A stretch of DNA of 64,000 nt from an uncultured Candidatus Kuenenia sp. (GTDB taxonomy: Bacteria > Planctomycetota > Planctomycetia > Pirellulales > UBA1268): NCBI GenBank assembly GCA_964545915.1, contig CAZJHQ010000001.1, positions 47,641 through 111,640 on the forward strand, written 5' to 3'. This document shows, in pieces, positions 47,790-57,105 of this stretch. A program made the translations under genes and the position numbers. Each line of letters starts with the position of its first letter. Position 1 is the first letter of the stretch. A model generated the notes under the pieces. The model saw nothing but the letters and a program-made list of their open reading frames with translations, was not told where the DNA came from and ran no database searches.

Positions 47790-48758
47790 ATGGCCAAGAA
47801 ACGAAAGTTGTCGAAGAAGCAAAGTAAGCCGGCCAAGCCTGCGAAGGCAAAAGCCCGTAGCGGCCCTAGCAACGTTGGCTCTAGCAACGCAGGAAAAAAA
47901 GACCGAGAACTCCCGAAGCCGCGGGTTACGGCTACAAAGGCGCGAGGGTTCGAGGCGCTGATGCACAGCCTTGTACGGGAAATGCGGGTTCTTGCACAGG
48001 GGCAGCAAACGCTCAATCAACGGCTGGAGCAGGACCGGCAGGAACGACAACAACAGGCTGCTACGCCCGCCCCGCCATCTCCTCACGACGACGCGTTCGC
48101 TGCGCTTCCGGAATCTATCGCGGAGACATCGGAACGTACGTACAGGATCGGAGCCTGTGTGCAGCAGCCTCCGCGTGACCCCAGTCTGGACGTTCCGGCA
48201 AGCGTGACCGCACTTCGCCGCTTCTTCGCCGGGGCCTGCAGATTTGCAAATCTGGTACGGCCGACTCCTGCGATCATCGGCCGGGTGATGCACGACGAGG
48301 GGGCGTTCGACCGCAACGCGGCGAAAAGCCCCTACGTGCTATTCAATGCGATCTACAACGCCGTCACGATCGCACTCCGCCCGCAACCCATACAGGGTGA
48401 ATCGACCGACAACGCGATCGTCGATTACGTTCACCTGAGCGACGAAATGGTTGAGTTGATGCAAGGCCGTTCCAGTCGCCCGCAGGACAAGCACGCTACG
48501 TTCTACGACAGCCAGTTGAGGCCGCGAATCCGGCTCCTTGAGAACATGCGGCTAGCCCGCGTCGAGGAGAACCGAACGGGGCGGAGATCGGATTACTCTC
48601 GGTATCTCACGCCATCGGGCCGCGAGTTGTTCAACGGCTGGCCGGAATGGAGCGACGCGACGGGCGGTATCGGGTTGGCGGACGAGCAGGCTGAATCCCC
48701 CACGAGCCAGCCCGATCGCGCTGACCCTGATGGCGCCGCTACCCAGCCGGCAACGTGA
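47790..48758 (+). CDS. Hypothetical protein with Lys-rich N-terminus
   Basis: MAKKRKLSKKQSKPAKPAKAKA..., 322 aa. No motif recognised. Confidence 0.5.
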   Translation: MAKKRKLSKKQSKPAKPAKAKARSGPSNVGSSNAGKKDRELPKPRVTATKARGFEALMHSLVREMRVLAQGQQTLNQRLEQDRQERQQQAATPAPPSPHDDAFAALPESIAETSERTYRIGACVQQPPRDPSLDVPASVTALRRFFAGACRFANLVRPTPAIIGRVMHDEGAFDRNAAKSPYVLFNAIYNAVTIALRPQPIQGESTDNAIVDYVHLSDEMVELMQGRSSRPQDKHATFYDSQLRPRIRLLENMRLARVEENRTGRRSDYSRYLTPSGRELFNGWPEWSDATGGIGLADEQAESPTSQPDRADPDGAATQPAT

Positions 48759-50940
48759 CAGCGTCGGTCTTGCTGAACGACCGGCGCACGGTGGTCTCGA
48801 CCCGCACTTTGGACCCGGGCACGACCATCTGCATGCCGGCAATCATGAGCCTCTCGATGTCGGCGATCTTGGCAGGGAGATGCTCGTCCTCAGGGACTTC
48901 GCAAATCACCTCGTCATGGATGAAGTTCGTGATCGTGTAGCCGGCCCGCATGAGGCTCCAGAGCGCATGGATCGCCCCGTCAGCCGCGAGGCCCTGCATG
49001 ATGCCGTTCCTGCAGGCCGAGTAACTGGCGTTCGCCCGGAGCCTGCCCGTCGCCGTGATGACTGGCTCGCGGCTGAACATCCCGGCCACGTTGTCCCGCA
49101 GGCGCTTCGACGGTTTTCGTTCCCGAATGGCGTCGCGGTCCCGGTCGTCGAGTTCGCTGAGCGGCAGGCGGGCAGCAGCCGTCCAGAAGAAATTGACCTC
49201 GGCGGGCGTGTATAGGCGTGGTGCGCGGCCGGCCTCGGGGTTGCCACTGGTCTCGGGGCTGGCCGACTCCAAGACTTTCAGGAGCATGCCGCCGAGCCAC
49301 CCCGCAGGCAGTTCGTCTTCGGGTTGTGGCCGGTTCGTGGTCCTTCCTGTTGCTCCGTTGTAGGCCGCCGGAGTGAGTCCCAAGGCGCGGGCGATTTCAA
49401 TGCCAGCATTCACGCGGGACTTCAGGTGCTCGGTCAGTTCAGGGCACAGATTCTCGTACGCCTGCATGCGCTCGCGGACCTGCTCCTCGGAGAGTTCGAC
49501 GCCGTAGTCGTTCTTCGCCTGCTTCTGGATCGTGCGCCAGCCGAGACCACCGGGACGGCCAAGGGAGACGGGCTTGGCGGCATTTCGCTCGGCCTTGGTG
49601 ACGTCGGCGGGATTTTTGCCGAGCACTTCCGCCGCGATCAGCCGGTGCATGTCGCGGCCCTGTGAAACAATCTCATGGAGGCTGCCGCCGAACCCGAGTT
49701 GATGCTTCCACGCCCAGCCCAGTACGGCGAGTTCGATCTGGGCGTAATCAACCACGACGAACACGTTTCCCGGCGACGGCACGAAACAGCCCCGGATCGT
49801 CGTCTCGTGGTTGCTGGCCGCGTCGAGTTCCTTCGGCAAGTTCTGGAGGTTGAAGCCGCCCCCGCAACTGGTTCGCCCCGTGTTCATGAGGTACTGGAAC
49901 TTGCCGTGGATACGTTTCCCGGGCTGCATCTTGTTTGCATAGGTCGAGAGAAGTTTCGTGGCCTGCCGGTGCTTGAGCAGGACTTCGAGCACGGGGTCCA
50001 AGGCGGCGAGTTCGTGTAGTTGCTCCTCGCTTGTCGAAATCTGCCCAGTCTCCGTATAGACGAGCGGCAGGTTCTTGTGCTCCCGGGCAAGCCTGTCGAT
50101 GCGCTTGCGCAGAGCACCCGGCGCGCCTTTGCCCTCAGCCGGGAGGCCAGCCAGCGCGAGCGTGTGGCGGGTCTCGGCGACGATCTGTTCGAGGGCTGCC
50201 ACCTTTTCCTCGCGGCGGGTTTGGTCGATGAGGACCCCGGTGCGCGAAATGCGGTCGAGCACAATACTGGCCCGAAGTTGAATGTGATGGGTGCCGGGGC
50301 CGTGTTTTTTCCACTGTTCGTCGAGCCACTTGTCGCCCGCGTAGCCGAAGGCCCGATTGGCGGCGGTTTTGATATTTGGAAGCCGCGTCTTGAGGTGCTG
50401 AAACAGGAGCCACGTCGCCACCGGGTCTCCTGAGGCGTATTGAAGGTATTCGGCCGGGATCGCCTCGAAGGGCCGACCGAGATACCTGCCGAACGTGAGC
50501 CGGACAGATTCGCCGCCCGGGGTCTGCAGGTCCTTCGGGAGCGTCAGGGAGAGGTAGTGGCGGGCGCAGTAATCGAGCGAGCACTGGTTACGCGCGGAAT
50601 GCCCAACGGTGCCGAGCGAGAGCAGCCGGGCGAGGATCATGGTGTCGGCTACTTTCCCGGCCTCGACGCGGGCATAAATATCTAAATCCAATCCCAACCG
50701 GTCGTGGGTCGCCTGCAGAACAGCCAGATCGAAGGCGGCGTTGTGAAAAACCAGCGAGTTGGCGGGGTGGGCGGCGAGAAAAGCGGGCATGTCCTCGGCC
50801 AAGATGAACCAGCCCTGCCGCCCGTCGAAGGCCATGCCAAGCACGAGAACGGGGACATGGGCCGGCCGCTTCTCGTCGATCAGCGTTGTCTCAGTATCCA
50901 GCGCGAAGGGGCCGGTAATGACGCGGCCAAGTGCGGGCAA
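48739..50940 (-). CDS. Family A DNA polymerase with 3'-5' exonuclease domain
   Basis: Exo I ALDTETT, Exo II FHNAAFDL, Pol motif A VVVDYAQIELAVL, motif B RNAAKPVSLGRPGG and motif C NFIHDEV. The longest ORF (to 51198) runs through the repeat array. I placed the start at TTG 50940, which is uncertain. Confidence 0.85.
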   Translation of the reverse strand: MPALGRVITGPFALDTETTLIDEKRPAHVPVLVLGMAFDGRQGWFILAEDMPAFLAAHPANSLVFHNAAFDLAVLQATHDRLGLDLDIYARVEAGKVADTMILARLLSLGTVGHSARNQCSLDYCARHYLSLTLPKDLQTPGGESVRLTFGRYLGRPFEAIPAEYLQYASGDPVATWLLFQHLKTRLPNIKTAANRAFGYAGDKWLDEQWKKHGPGTHHIQLRASIVLDRISRTGVLIDQTRREEKVAALEQIVAETRHTLALAGLPAEGKGAPGALRKRIDRLAREHKNLPLVYTETGQISTSEEQLHELAALDPVLEVLLKHRQATKLLSTYANKMQPGKRIHGKFQYLMNTGRTSCGGGFNLQNLPKELDAASNHETTIRGCFVPSPGNVFVVVDYAQIELAVLGWAWKHQLGFGGSLHEIVSQGRDMHRLIAAEVLGKNPADVTKAERNAAKPVSLGRPGGLGWRTIQKQAKNDYGVELSEEQVRERMQAYENLCPELTEHLKSRVNAGIEIARALGLTPAAYNGATGRTTNRPQPEDELPAGWLGGMLLKVLESASPETSGNPEAGRAPRLYTPAEVNFFWTAAARLPLSELDDRDRDAIRERKPSKRLRDNVAGMFSREPVITATGRLRANASYSACRNGIMQGLAADGAIHALWSLMRAGYTITNFIHDEVICEVPEDEHLPAKIADIERLMIAGMQMVVPGSKVRVETTVRRSFSKTDAVTLPAG

Positions 50941-50993
50941 CCAGCGGCGGAACGGGTACTGGCCGGCTCCGAGGGCGAGCAGGTAGCCCCCGA

Positions 50994-51293
50994 ATGGTGA
51001 AGTGGTGAAGACATGGTGAAGACTATTTTTTAAGTCTTCACCACGATTTGGGCCTTGTTTTCCAGCGTTTTCTGCAAAATGGTGAAGTGGTGAAGACTGG
51101 ACGCCATGTTCTCGTGGCTGGCGTACAGGACCGACTTCAGGGCCAGTATCAGGGGCTTTGGATTTTTTCGCGCCCAACTCAGGTTTAGTCTTCACCACTT
51201 CACCATTTGAACGAAAAGGCCTGTTTTTCTAGATCGAAACGATGGTGAAGACTCAATTTTTTAGTCTTCACCATGTCTTCACCACTTCACCAT
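50994..51293. repeat. Dyad-symmetric iteron array (candidate replication origin or operator)
   Basis: The 19-mer ATGGTGAAGTGGTGAAGAC occurs at 50994 and 51079 (+) and, reverse-complemented, at 51188 and 51275. Palindromes GGTGAAGACT-loop-AGTCTTCACC lie at 51013-51044 and 51242-51274. Confidence 0.8.
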
Positions 51294-51318
51294 CGCCCGG
51301 GCAATGGGGCGGCTCTGC

Positions 51319-53211
51319 TCAGCCGCCCCAGAGTTCGTCCTCCCGCTCCTCCTCGTCGTCGGCCCGGGCGTCGGCCGGCGTCGGCGCCGCCGGCTGCGGG
51401 GTGTTCGTCGCTGCTTCCGCGGGGCGGTCTTCACCGTCGGCCCCGGCCTCGACTGGCAGGCCCTCCACGGCGAGCACATACGCCGTCCGGCGGCTCCGGA
51501 GCGGCCGGCTGACGAGCATCGCCCGCACCGTCCGGTCGCCGACTTCGACCTCCACGGGAACCTTGACCACGCTGGCCATGTACTGGGTGACGGCCGTCTT
51601 CTGCTTCTGGGGCGTGTCGCAGGAGGCCGGGATGACGCCGGCGCTGGCGAGGTAGGGCACCCAGTCCTTTTGCTCCATCGGGGCCTCCGGCGGGCTGCGG
51701 CGCTTGAACTCTTCGTCAGCCGACTGGATGCCGGAGTCGATCTCCCAGACGAACCCCTTCGGCCGACTGTCGATCAGCCGCTCCGCGAGGGCGACCAGTT
51801 GCTGGTGCTTGATCGAGTGCTCGCGGACCTCCTCGCGGGTATTCGACAGGAAGCCCGGCAGGCCGTTGAAGGTGAGCACGCTGCCGATGACCCGCCCGAA
51901 TACGCCGAACCTGCAATCCGCCGGGGCGCTGGGCCTGCCGGCGTCGAGCCAGCGAACGACCATGCCGGCCAGTTCCGCGAGGATGCCCGACCGGTTGTTG
52001 CGCACGTGATCGATCAGTTCTTTCTCGCTCAGGGCGAACCGGTGGGTGTCCGGCACGCCCTCGTAATGCAGCCGGATGTGCACGCACCGGGAGAGCATGT
52101 CGTCGCTCGGCACGGCGTCGTTGGTCGTCACCAGCCAGAGAACATCGTTCGGGCGGCGGATTTTTCGCTGGACATGAAACCCGCGGAAGCCGAGTTGCGC
52201 CGCCGTCATGTTGGCTTCGAGCACCGGGATATTCATCGCGCCCTTCTGGTTGTCGATGAACAACACCGTCCGGCCATCGTTCAGTTCGCTGGCGATCTGG
52301 TTTTCCACCTCCCTGCCGCCGCCATCGACCGAGGTAGGCGACGCCTGCTCCCCGTCCTTTAGAACGGCCAGACATTGCGCGGCCAGTGACTTACCGACGC
52401 CCGGCTGGTTGCCCCAGAACATGACGCCCGGGTGCCCGTCCTCGACGAGCATCGGCATGAGCGGGATCATGAGGGCCGCGCCGAGGTAGTTGATGAGGTC
52501 CACCGGCCCGTTCCAGTGGAAACCAGCGACCAATCGGTACACGAGTGGTGGCAACAGGTTCAGCACATCAGCAATCGAGTGGACACCCGAACGGGACCGC
52601 GCCACTGGATCAAGAATTCCCGGCTCGAAGGAGTCGCCACAGACGAGCACGCATTGCGACTCGTGGTAGCCGACATCGAGCCAGTTGAAGTCGGCGTCGA
52701 AGACCGGGTGGTTGACGATGTATCGCGCCTCCGGAATCTCCTCCATGAAGCCGTCCATCGCGACGACCTGCTGAAGCACTGGCTGCGGTACCGCGAACTG
52801 GACCTCGAACTCCGACGGCTGGTTTGGCTTTGAACCCTTGCCGTTCGAGTTGGCTTTCAACTCCCGGCACATGATGATGTTCCGCACGATCGCGGGCGCG
52901 GTCTTCGTGATGACCCCGTCGACCACGAGCGGCGTGGGTGAGCACCCGCCCCCCGGCCTCAGACCGCCCGTCAGGAACACGACCGTGTTGCCCTGTCGAT
53001 ACAAGCGGCGACTGTTCCTGAGGTTCGCCATCATCCGATTCAGCGTGTCGTCGGCGTCGCCGATGAACTGACCGGAGGGCGTAACGTTCGAGATCAGCAG
53101 CGGCCGCATGATGCCGCGTTCGAGCGATGCCGCCGCCCGTTGTGCGTTTCGCAGGTCGCGAAGAATCCAGTTGTGCCTGCCGCGGCTGTTGAACGTGTTG
53201 AAACTAACCAT
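51319..53211 (-). CDS. SF3-like replicative helicase / P-loop NTPase (primase-associated)
   Basis: Walker A GNQPGVGKS, Walker B-like VLFIDN, and LVTTN sensor-like motif. The start overlaps the upstream primase-like gene. Confidence 0.65.
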   Translation of the reverse strand: MVSFNTFNSRGRHNWILRDLRNAQRAAASLERGIMRPLLISNVTPSGQFIGDADDTLNRMMANLRNSRRLYRQGNTVVFLTGGLRPGGGCSPTPLVVDGVITKTAPAIVRNIIMCRELKANSNGKGSKPNQPSEFEVQFAVPQPVLQQVVAMDGFMEEIPEARYIVNHPVFDADFNWLDVGYHESQCVLVCGDSFEPGILDPVARSRSGVHSIADVLNLLPPLVYRLVAGFHWNGPVDLINYLGAALMIPLMPMLVEDGHPGVMFWGNQPGVGKSLAAQCLAVLKDGEQASPTSVDGGGREVENQIASELNDGRTVLFIDNQKGAMNIPVLEANMTAAQLGFRGFHVQRKIRRPNDVLWLVTTNDAVPSDDMLSRCVHIRLHYEGVPDTHRFALSEKELIDHVRNNRSGILAELAGMVVRWLDAGRPSAPADCRFGVFGRVIGSVLTFNGLPGFLSNTREEVREHSIKHQQLVALAERLIDSRPKGFVWEIDSGIQSADEEFKRRSPPEAPMEQKDWVPYLASAGVIPASCDTPQKQKTAVTQYMASVVKVPVEVEVGDRTVRAMLVSRPLRSRRTAYVLAVEGLPVEAGADGEDRPAEAATNTPQPAAPTPADARADDEEEREDELWGG

Positions 53212-54076
53212 GCTGAGCCTCCATGCGTTGGTCGAGGAACTCGGGCAAATAGAAGCGGTAGACGAGCGACGCGGCGTTCACACGGCCGCACTGGTAGCAG
53301 CGGCACTGCCAATACCCGGCGACGCCCAGCGAAACACCTCCGCAGAGCGGGCATGGGGACGCCCGCTCGCCGCCGAAAAAGAGCCGCATCCAGAGCCGGG
53401 CGGGCTGCTCGGTGACGCGGCGATTCAGGTCGAGGATTTCGGCCCGCGTGACCGACTCCCCGGGGCGCAAGATTCGAACCTCGCGGGGCGGGTTGTACTT
53501 CGAGTTGATGGCGCCAACGGGCCGCGTGAGGGCGATGATGCCGTTCAAGTTCGGGTCGCCGGGGAGGGCGTTGCAGATGCCCCGGGCGACTTTGTCCCAC
53601 ACAACCGCCTCGCCGGCCCCGCAGATAATTGGGGCATCCAGCCAGAGGACGATATGCAGCCCGCCGCCGGTGTCTCGTACCTCAGCCTTGGCGAGCACTG
53701 GGTCGCGGTCAAGCCAGTGCCGCACGTGCTTCTCGTACAGCATTTCGGAGGACGCGACGCATTCCTCGCCGACAACCGCCGGGTCGAGAATCTTGCAGTC
53801 GAGGTCGTTCATGAAGGCATGAATCGAGGCGACCTCCTCGACCTTCGGTGTAATGAGGTTCGCCGGGCCTCGCCGGCAGTCATTCACCAGCGATTGACGG
53901 TCGTCGGTGGTACCGCGGTTTTCATTGCCTGTGCGGCAGATGCCGGCGGCGCTTTCGCATCCGCTTTCGCTCGCCATATCCGGCGACGGCGATGCTGCCA
54001 TTTGGCCGGCCTCTACTTCTTGTTGCTGGCTGCGGCGCCGGTTCGGCCGCTGCGAGCGTTGAGCATGTTTGGGCAT
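53204..54076 (-). CDS. AEP-like primase-polymerase candidate with C-terminal zinc finger
   Basis: DTGGGLHIVLWLD resembles AEP motif III. CPLCGG...CRCYQCG zinc ribbon. First gene of the minus-strand replication operon. Confidence 0.45.
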   Translation of the reverse strand: MPKHAQRSQRPNRRRSQQQEVEAGQMAASPSPDMASESGCESAAGICRTGNENRGTTDDRQSLVNDCRRGPANLITPKVEEVASIHAFMNDLDCKILDPAVVGEECVASSEMLYEKHVRHWLDRDPVLAKAEVRDTGGGLHIVLWLDAPIICGAGEAVVWDKVARGICNALPGDPNLNGIIALTRPVGAINSKYNPPREVRILRPGESVTRAEILDLNRRVTEQPARLWMRLFFGGERASPCPLCGGVSLGVAGYWQCRCYQCGRVNAASLVYRFYLPEFLDQRMEAQHG

Positions 54077-54181
54077 GTGATGTCTCCGATGTCTGGGTGT
54101 GATGTGCTTCGTGCACCCACACCTTTCTTATGACGCATTGGCTGAATAACACAACGCATATTGAGCGGTCTGGCGCGCGTT

Positions 54182-54301
54182 GACTCCTCGCACAATGGGA
54201 GTCGGACTCCGCTGCAAAGAGGAGTCGGCGTGACCATCGCAAAGTCGGCTCTCTGCGACTCCGCCCACGACAGGAGTCCGACTCCTGCATGAACAGGAGT
54301 C
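54182..54301. promoter_or_regulatory. Array of GGAGTC/GACTCC palindromic sites in a divergent intergenic region (putative operators)
   Basis: Two 45-bp units, each GACTCC-N10-GGAGTCNGACTCC-N10-GGAGTC, at 54182-54226 and 54257-54301. They lie between the primase operon start (54076) and the ORF at 54431. Confidence 0.6.
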
Positions 54302-54430
54302 AACCCGATGATCAAGTCACTCGTGCTACTTCAAACACACGCCACGGCTGCTACCGTTGGAGTTGTCGTGTCCGCGTGGTCATGACAACGACTACTTCAA
54401 CGCCGCAAGAGAGCGGCAGGAGAGGCAATC

Positions 54431-54892
54431 ATGCAGAGAGAAGTTGGCACCGAGATGAAGCAGGAAGAACGTTGCGATCAAGGCGCAGCCCGAAGCAGCG
54501 CACCACGGCAGAATCTGCTCCGAGACAACCCGAAATGCCGCAAGTTACTGGACGACCTGTACTTGATTGGCGTCCGCGAGTTTCGATTCGGGCTGCATTA
54601 CCTCGATGGCAGCAGCGCGGACACCCTTTTCGATCGCACGTGGTTTGCCAAAGGAGTCCGCGTGACAGGGCGACTCGACCACCGCGCGCGTGAACCTCAG
54701 GTGCAATTGTCGCGCATGGTGGAGGAGGCAATTAACGAGTCGCTTGTTGGTACCGATGCAGAAGGCAGCGACTTGTTCGTGGTTGTATGCGGCTACTTCA
54801 GGGGCGGCCGCCAGCCATGGTGCCTGACTGCCAGCGTGACGGCGATCACGACTGACCCTTACTTCACGGACCGCGAGATCCAAATGATCTGA
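54431..54892 (+). CDS. Hypothetical protein
   Basis: 153-aa ORF, AT-richer by eye. No motif recognised. Confidence 0.45.
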   Translation: MQREVGTEMKQEERCDQGAARSSAPRQNLLRDNPKCRKLLDDLYLIGVREFRFGLHYLDGSSADTLFDRTWFAKGVRVTGRLDHRAREPQVQLSRMVEEAINESLVGTDAEGSDLFVVVCGYFRGGRQPWCLTASVTAITTDPYFTDREIQMI

Positions 54893-55046
54893 GGTCACTG
54901 GCCCCGCCCCGCTCGACACCCCGGCTTTAAGCAGAGCAAGGCGTCGAGCGGGCGCGGCGTCAATGGGCGGCGCCAAGGCTCGCCGAGGATGAACACGAGC
55001 AACTACCGGAGGCGCTTGTAGACGCGAGCAGAGAGGGCGATGGCAA

Positions 55047-55295
55047 ATGACGCATAACAGAAACAAGCATTCTCGCGGTCAATCACATGACCACGGCGGC
55101 CTAATCCAGCCCGCCGAGATGTTCGGCCGCGTCCTGCCCGGGCGGCTGATCATCGACGCCGACCTGTGCTTCAAGGAGCGGGTCGAGCGAGCATGGGCGC
55201 GGCTGTTGGCGGGTTTTGAGGAGCACGAGCACGAGCGGCTGCGGGAGGCGCTCGTGGAGATGATCACGAAGGAGGTGAACGATGAACAGAAGTGA
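55047..55295 (+). CDS. Hypothetical small protein
   Basis: 82 aa, upstream of and overlapping the excisionase-like gene start. Confidence 0.45.
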   Translation: MTHNRNKHSRGQSHDHGGLIQPAEMFGRVLPGRLIIDADLCFKERVERAWARLLAGFEEHEHERLREALVEMITKEVNDEQK

Positions 55296-55620
55296 TAGCG
55301 GTGCGGGGGCGTCTCGCGGCAAGCCAACGGGCACCGCAGGCGATCACGACGAGGCTGTAATCAATTTGGATGAACGGCAGGCCGCCAAGTTTCTCGGAAT
55401 AGGTGCGCGAACGCTGTGGCAGATGCGCAAGGACGGCAGCGTGCCACATGTGAAGTTCGGAAAGAGCGTGCGGTACCCCAAGCCGCTACTCGTAAAGTGG
55501 CTTATGGAGCAGGCGATCGCCGGCCGGGAAGAAACCGCTAGCACGTCAAACGTCGGAACGACGGCGTCAACTACTTCGCGGGTGGAGAGCGGAGAACTTG
55601 TTAACAACAGTGGAAACTGA
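55282..55620 (+). CDS. xis: Excisionase/MerR-type HTH DNA-binding protein
   Basis: LDERQAAKFLGIGARTLWQMRKDGSVPHVKFGKSVRYPKPLLVKWL (HTH_17-like). Immediately upstream of the integrase. Confidence 0.75.
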   Translation: MNRSDSGAGASRGKPTGTAGDHDEAVINLDERQAAKFLGIGARTLWQMRKDGSVPHVKFGKSVRYPKPLLVKWLMEQAIAGREETASTSNVGTTASTTSRVESGELVNNSGN

Positions 55621-55642
55621 GTCCTGAAAGGAGGGGACGTTC

Positions 55643-56957
55643 ATGGCGAGCCTAAGTACGGACGGCAAAGGACGGCGACGCATTCTGTTTGTCGATTCGG
55701 AGGGTTGCAGGCAGGCTATCTATCTCGGGCGCATGGCAAAGAAGAATGCCGAACAGGTGCAGCGACGCATCGAAGAGATAATCGCGGGTCGCATCGCCGG
55801 CACGGCCCACAGTCCCGAGTTGGCAGGGTGGATACGCGATCTGCCCGACCCATTCCACCGTAAGTTCGTAAAGGTGGGACTGTTGGAGGCGCGGGAGCGC
55901 GACGCTCAGGTCACCGTAAGCGGCCTGCTCGATGAGTTCCTCGCTCGGGCCACGGTGAAGGCATCGACATACGCAAACTACAAACAGTCGACCGACAGCC
56001 TGCGGGCCTTTTTCGGGAACGAGACGCCGCTGACGGAGATAACCCCGAAGCGGTGTGACGAGTGGCGGCAGTTCATCGCGATGGATACCGAGGGCACGAC
56101 GAAGAAGCGGAGCACGAAGGACAATCGGCTATCCAAGGCGACCCAGAGCAAGCGGATCAAGATGGCAAAGAGCGTGTTCGCCCGTGCGGTGCGGTGGGGA
56201 ATGCTGCCGGTCTCGCCGTTCGATGGCATGAAGGCTGGGTCACAGGCGAACCCGGATCGTGAGTTCTTCGTTACCGAGCAGGCGACCGAGGCAGTGCTCG
56301 ACGCCTGCCCGGACGCTGAGTGGCGCCTCGTGGTGGGGCTGTCGCGTTACGCCGGCCTGCGATGCCCGAGCGAAATGGTCGGCCTGACATGGGCAGACGT
56401 TGACTGGGGCAGGGGAATACTGACGGTGCGATCCCCAAAGACTGAGCATCATGGAGGGCAACATGCAGTCCGGCACGCCCCCATCTGCCCGCGGTTGCGC
56501 GAACTGCTCACGGAGTCGTTTGAGATCGCCCCCGACGGAGAAGTGCGGTTGGTGCCCCGCGTGCAGGACAACAGGATCAACCTGAGGACGACGCTGCAGA
56601 GAATCATTGAACGAGCGGGCCTCACGCCGTGGCCTCGTCTGCTCCAGAACCTCCGCTCCTCGTGTGAAACCGAGTGGTGCGAGCGGTACCCGATCGCCTC
56701 GGTCACGCGGTGGCTGGGAAACTCACCGACGGTCGCCCTGAAGCACTACATCCAAGCCCGGGACGTCCACTTCGAAGCGGTCGTGGCCGGCTCCGAAAGG
56801 CGCGACGCAAAAGACGACGCGCGCACGACGCATTTGACGACGCAGCAGGCAGCCGCCCCCAATCGCACCGTTTCGCCACGGTCGCTCGAAGACCATGTGG
56901 CAAAGGAACTTGCGCGAGGTGAGGCGACTGCTGGCGAAATGGTGCGAAAAACGAAAG

Positions 56958-56971
<14 letters not shown>
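55643..56971 (+). CDS. int: Tyrosine-type site-specific integrase
   Basis: AAAGGAGGGG RBS. Catalytic region has YAGLRCPSE, LRSSCETEW and GNSPTVALKHY (Tyr nucleophile). The stop overlaps the tRNA 3' end. Confidence 0.9.
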
Positions 56972-57030
<59 letters not shown>

Positions 57031-57105
57031 GAAGACGGCAGTATAGAACCCGCGAACCACGGCGTGCGGCCCGGGCGGCTATACCGCTGTGACAAGGTGG
57101 GTACG

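Larger units (their letters stand above)
21006..56955. mobile_element. About 36-kb integrative element at tRNA-Met, self-replication module plus defence cargo
   Basis: Bounded by the 15-bp direct repeats. Integrase and excisionase lie next to the tRNA, with primase/helicase/PolA, R-M, CBASS and many orphan genes. Base composition is patchy by eye. Confidence 0.75.

Noticed and set aside
50994-51293. Possible CRISPR array, because of the repeated 19-mers.
   Set aside because: The repeats occur in both orientations, with irregular spacing and palindromic companions. Only four copies are present and no cas genes other than a stand-alone Cas4-like nuclease. The layout fits iterons or operators, not CRISPR.
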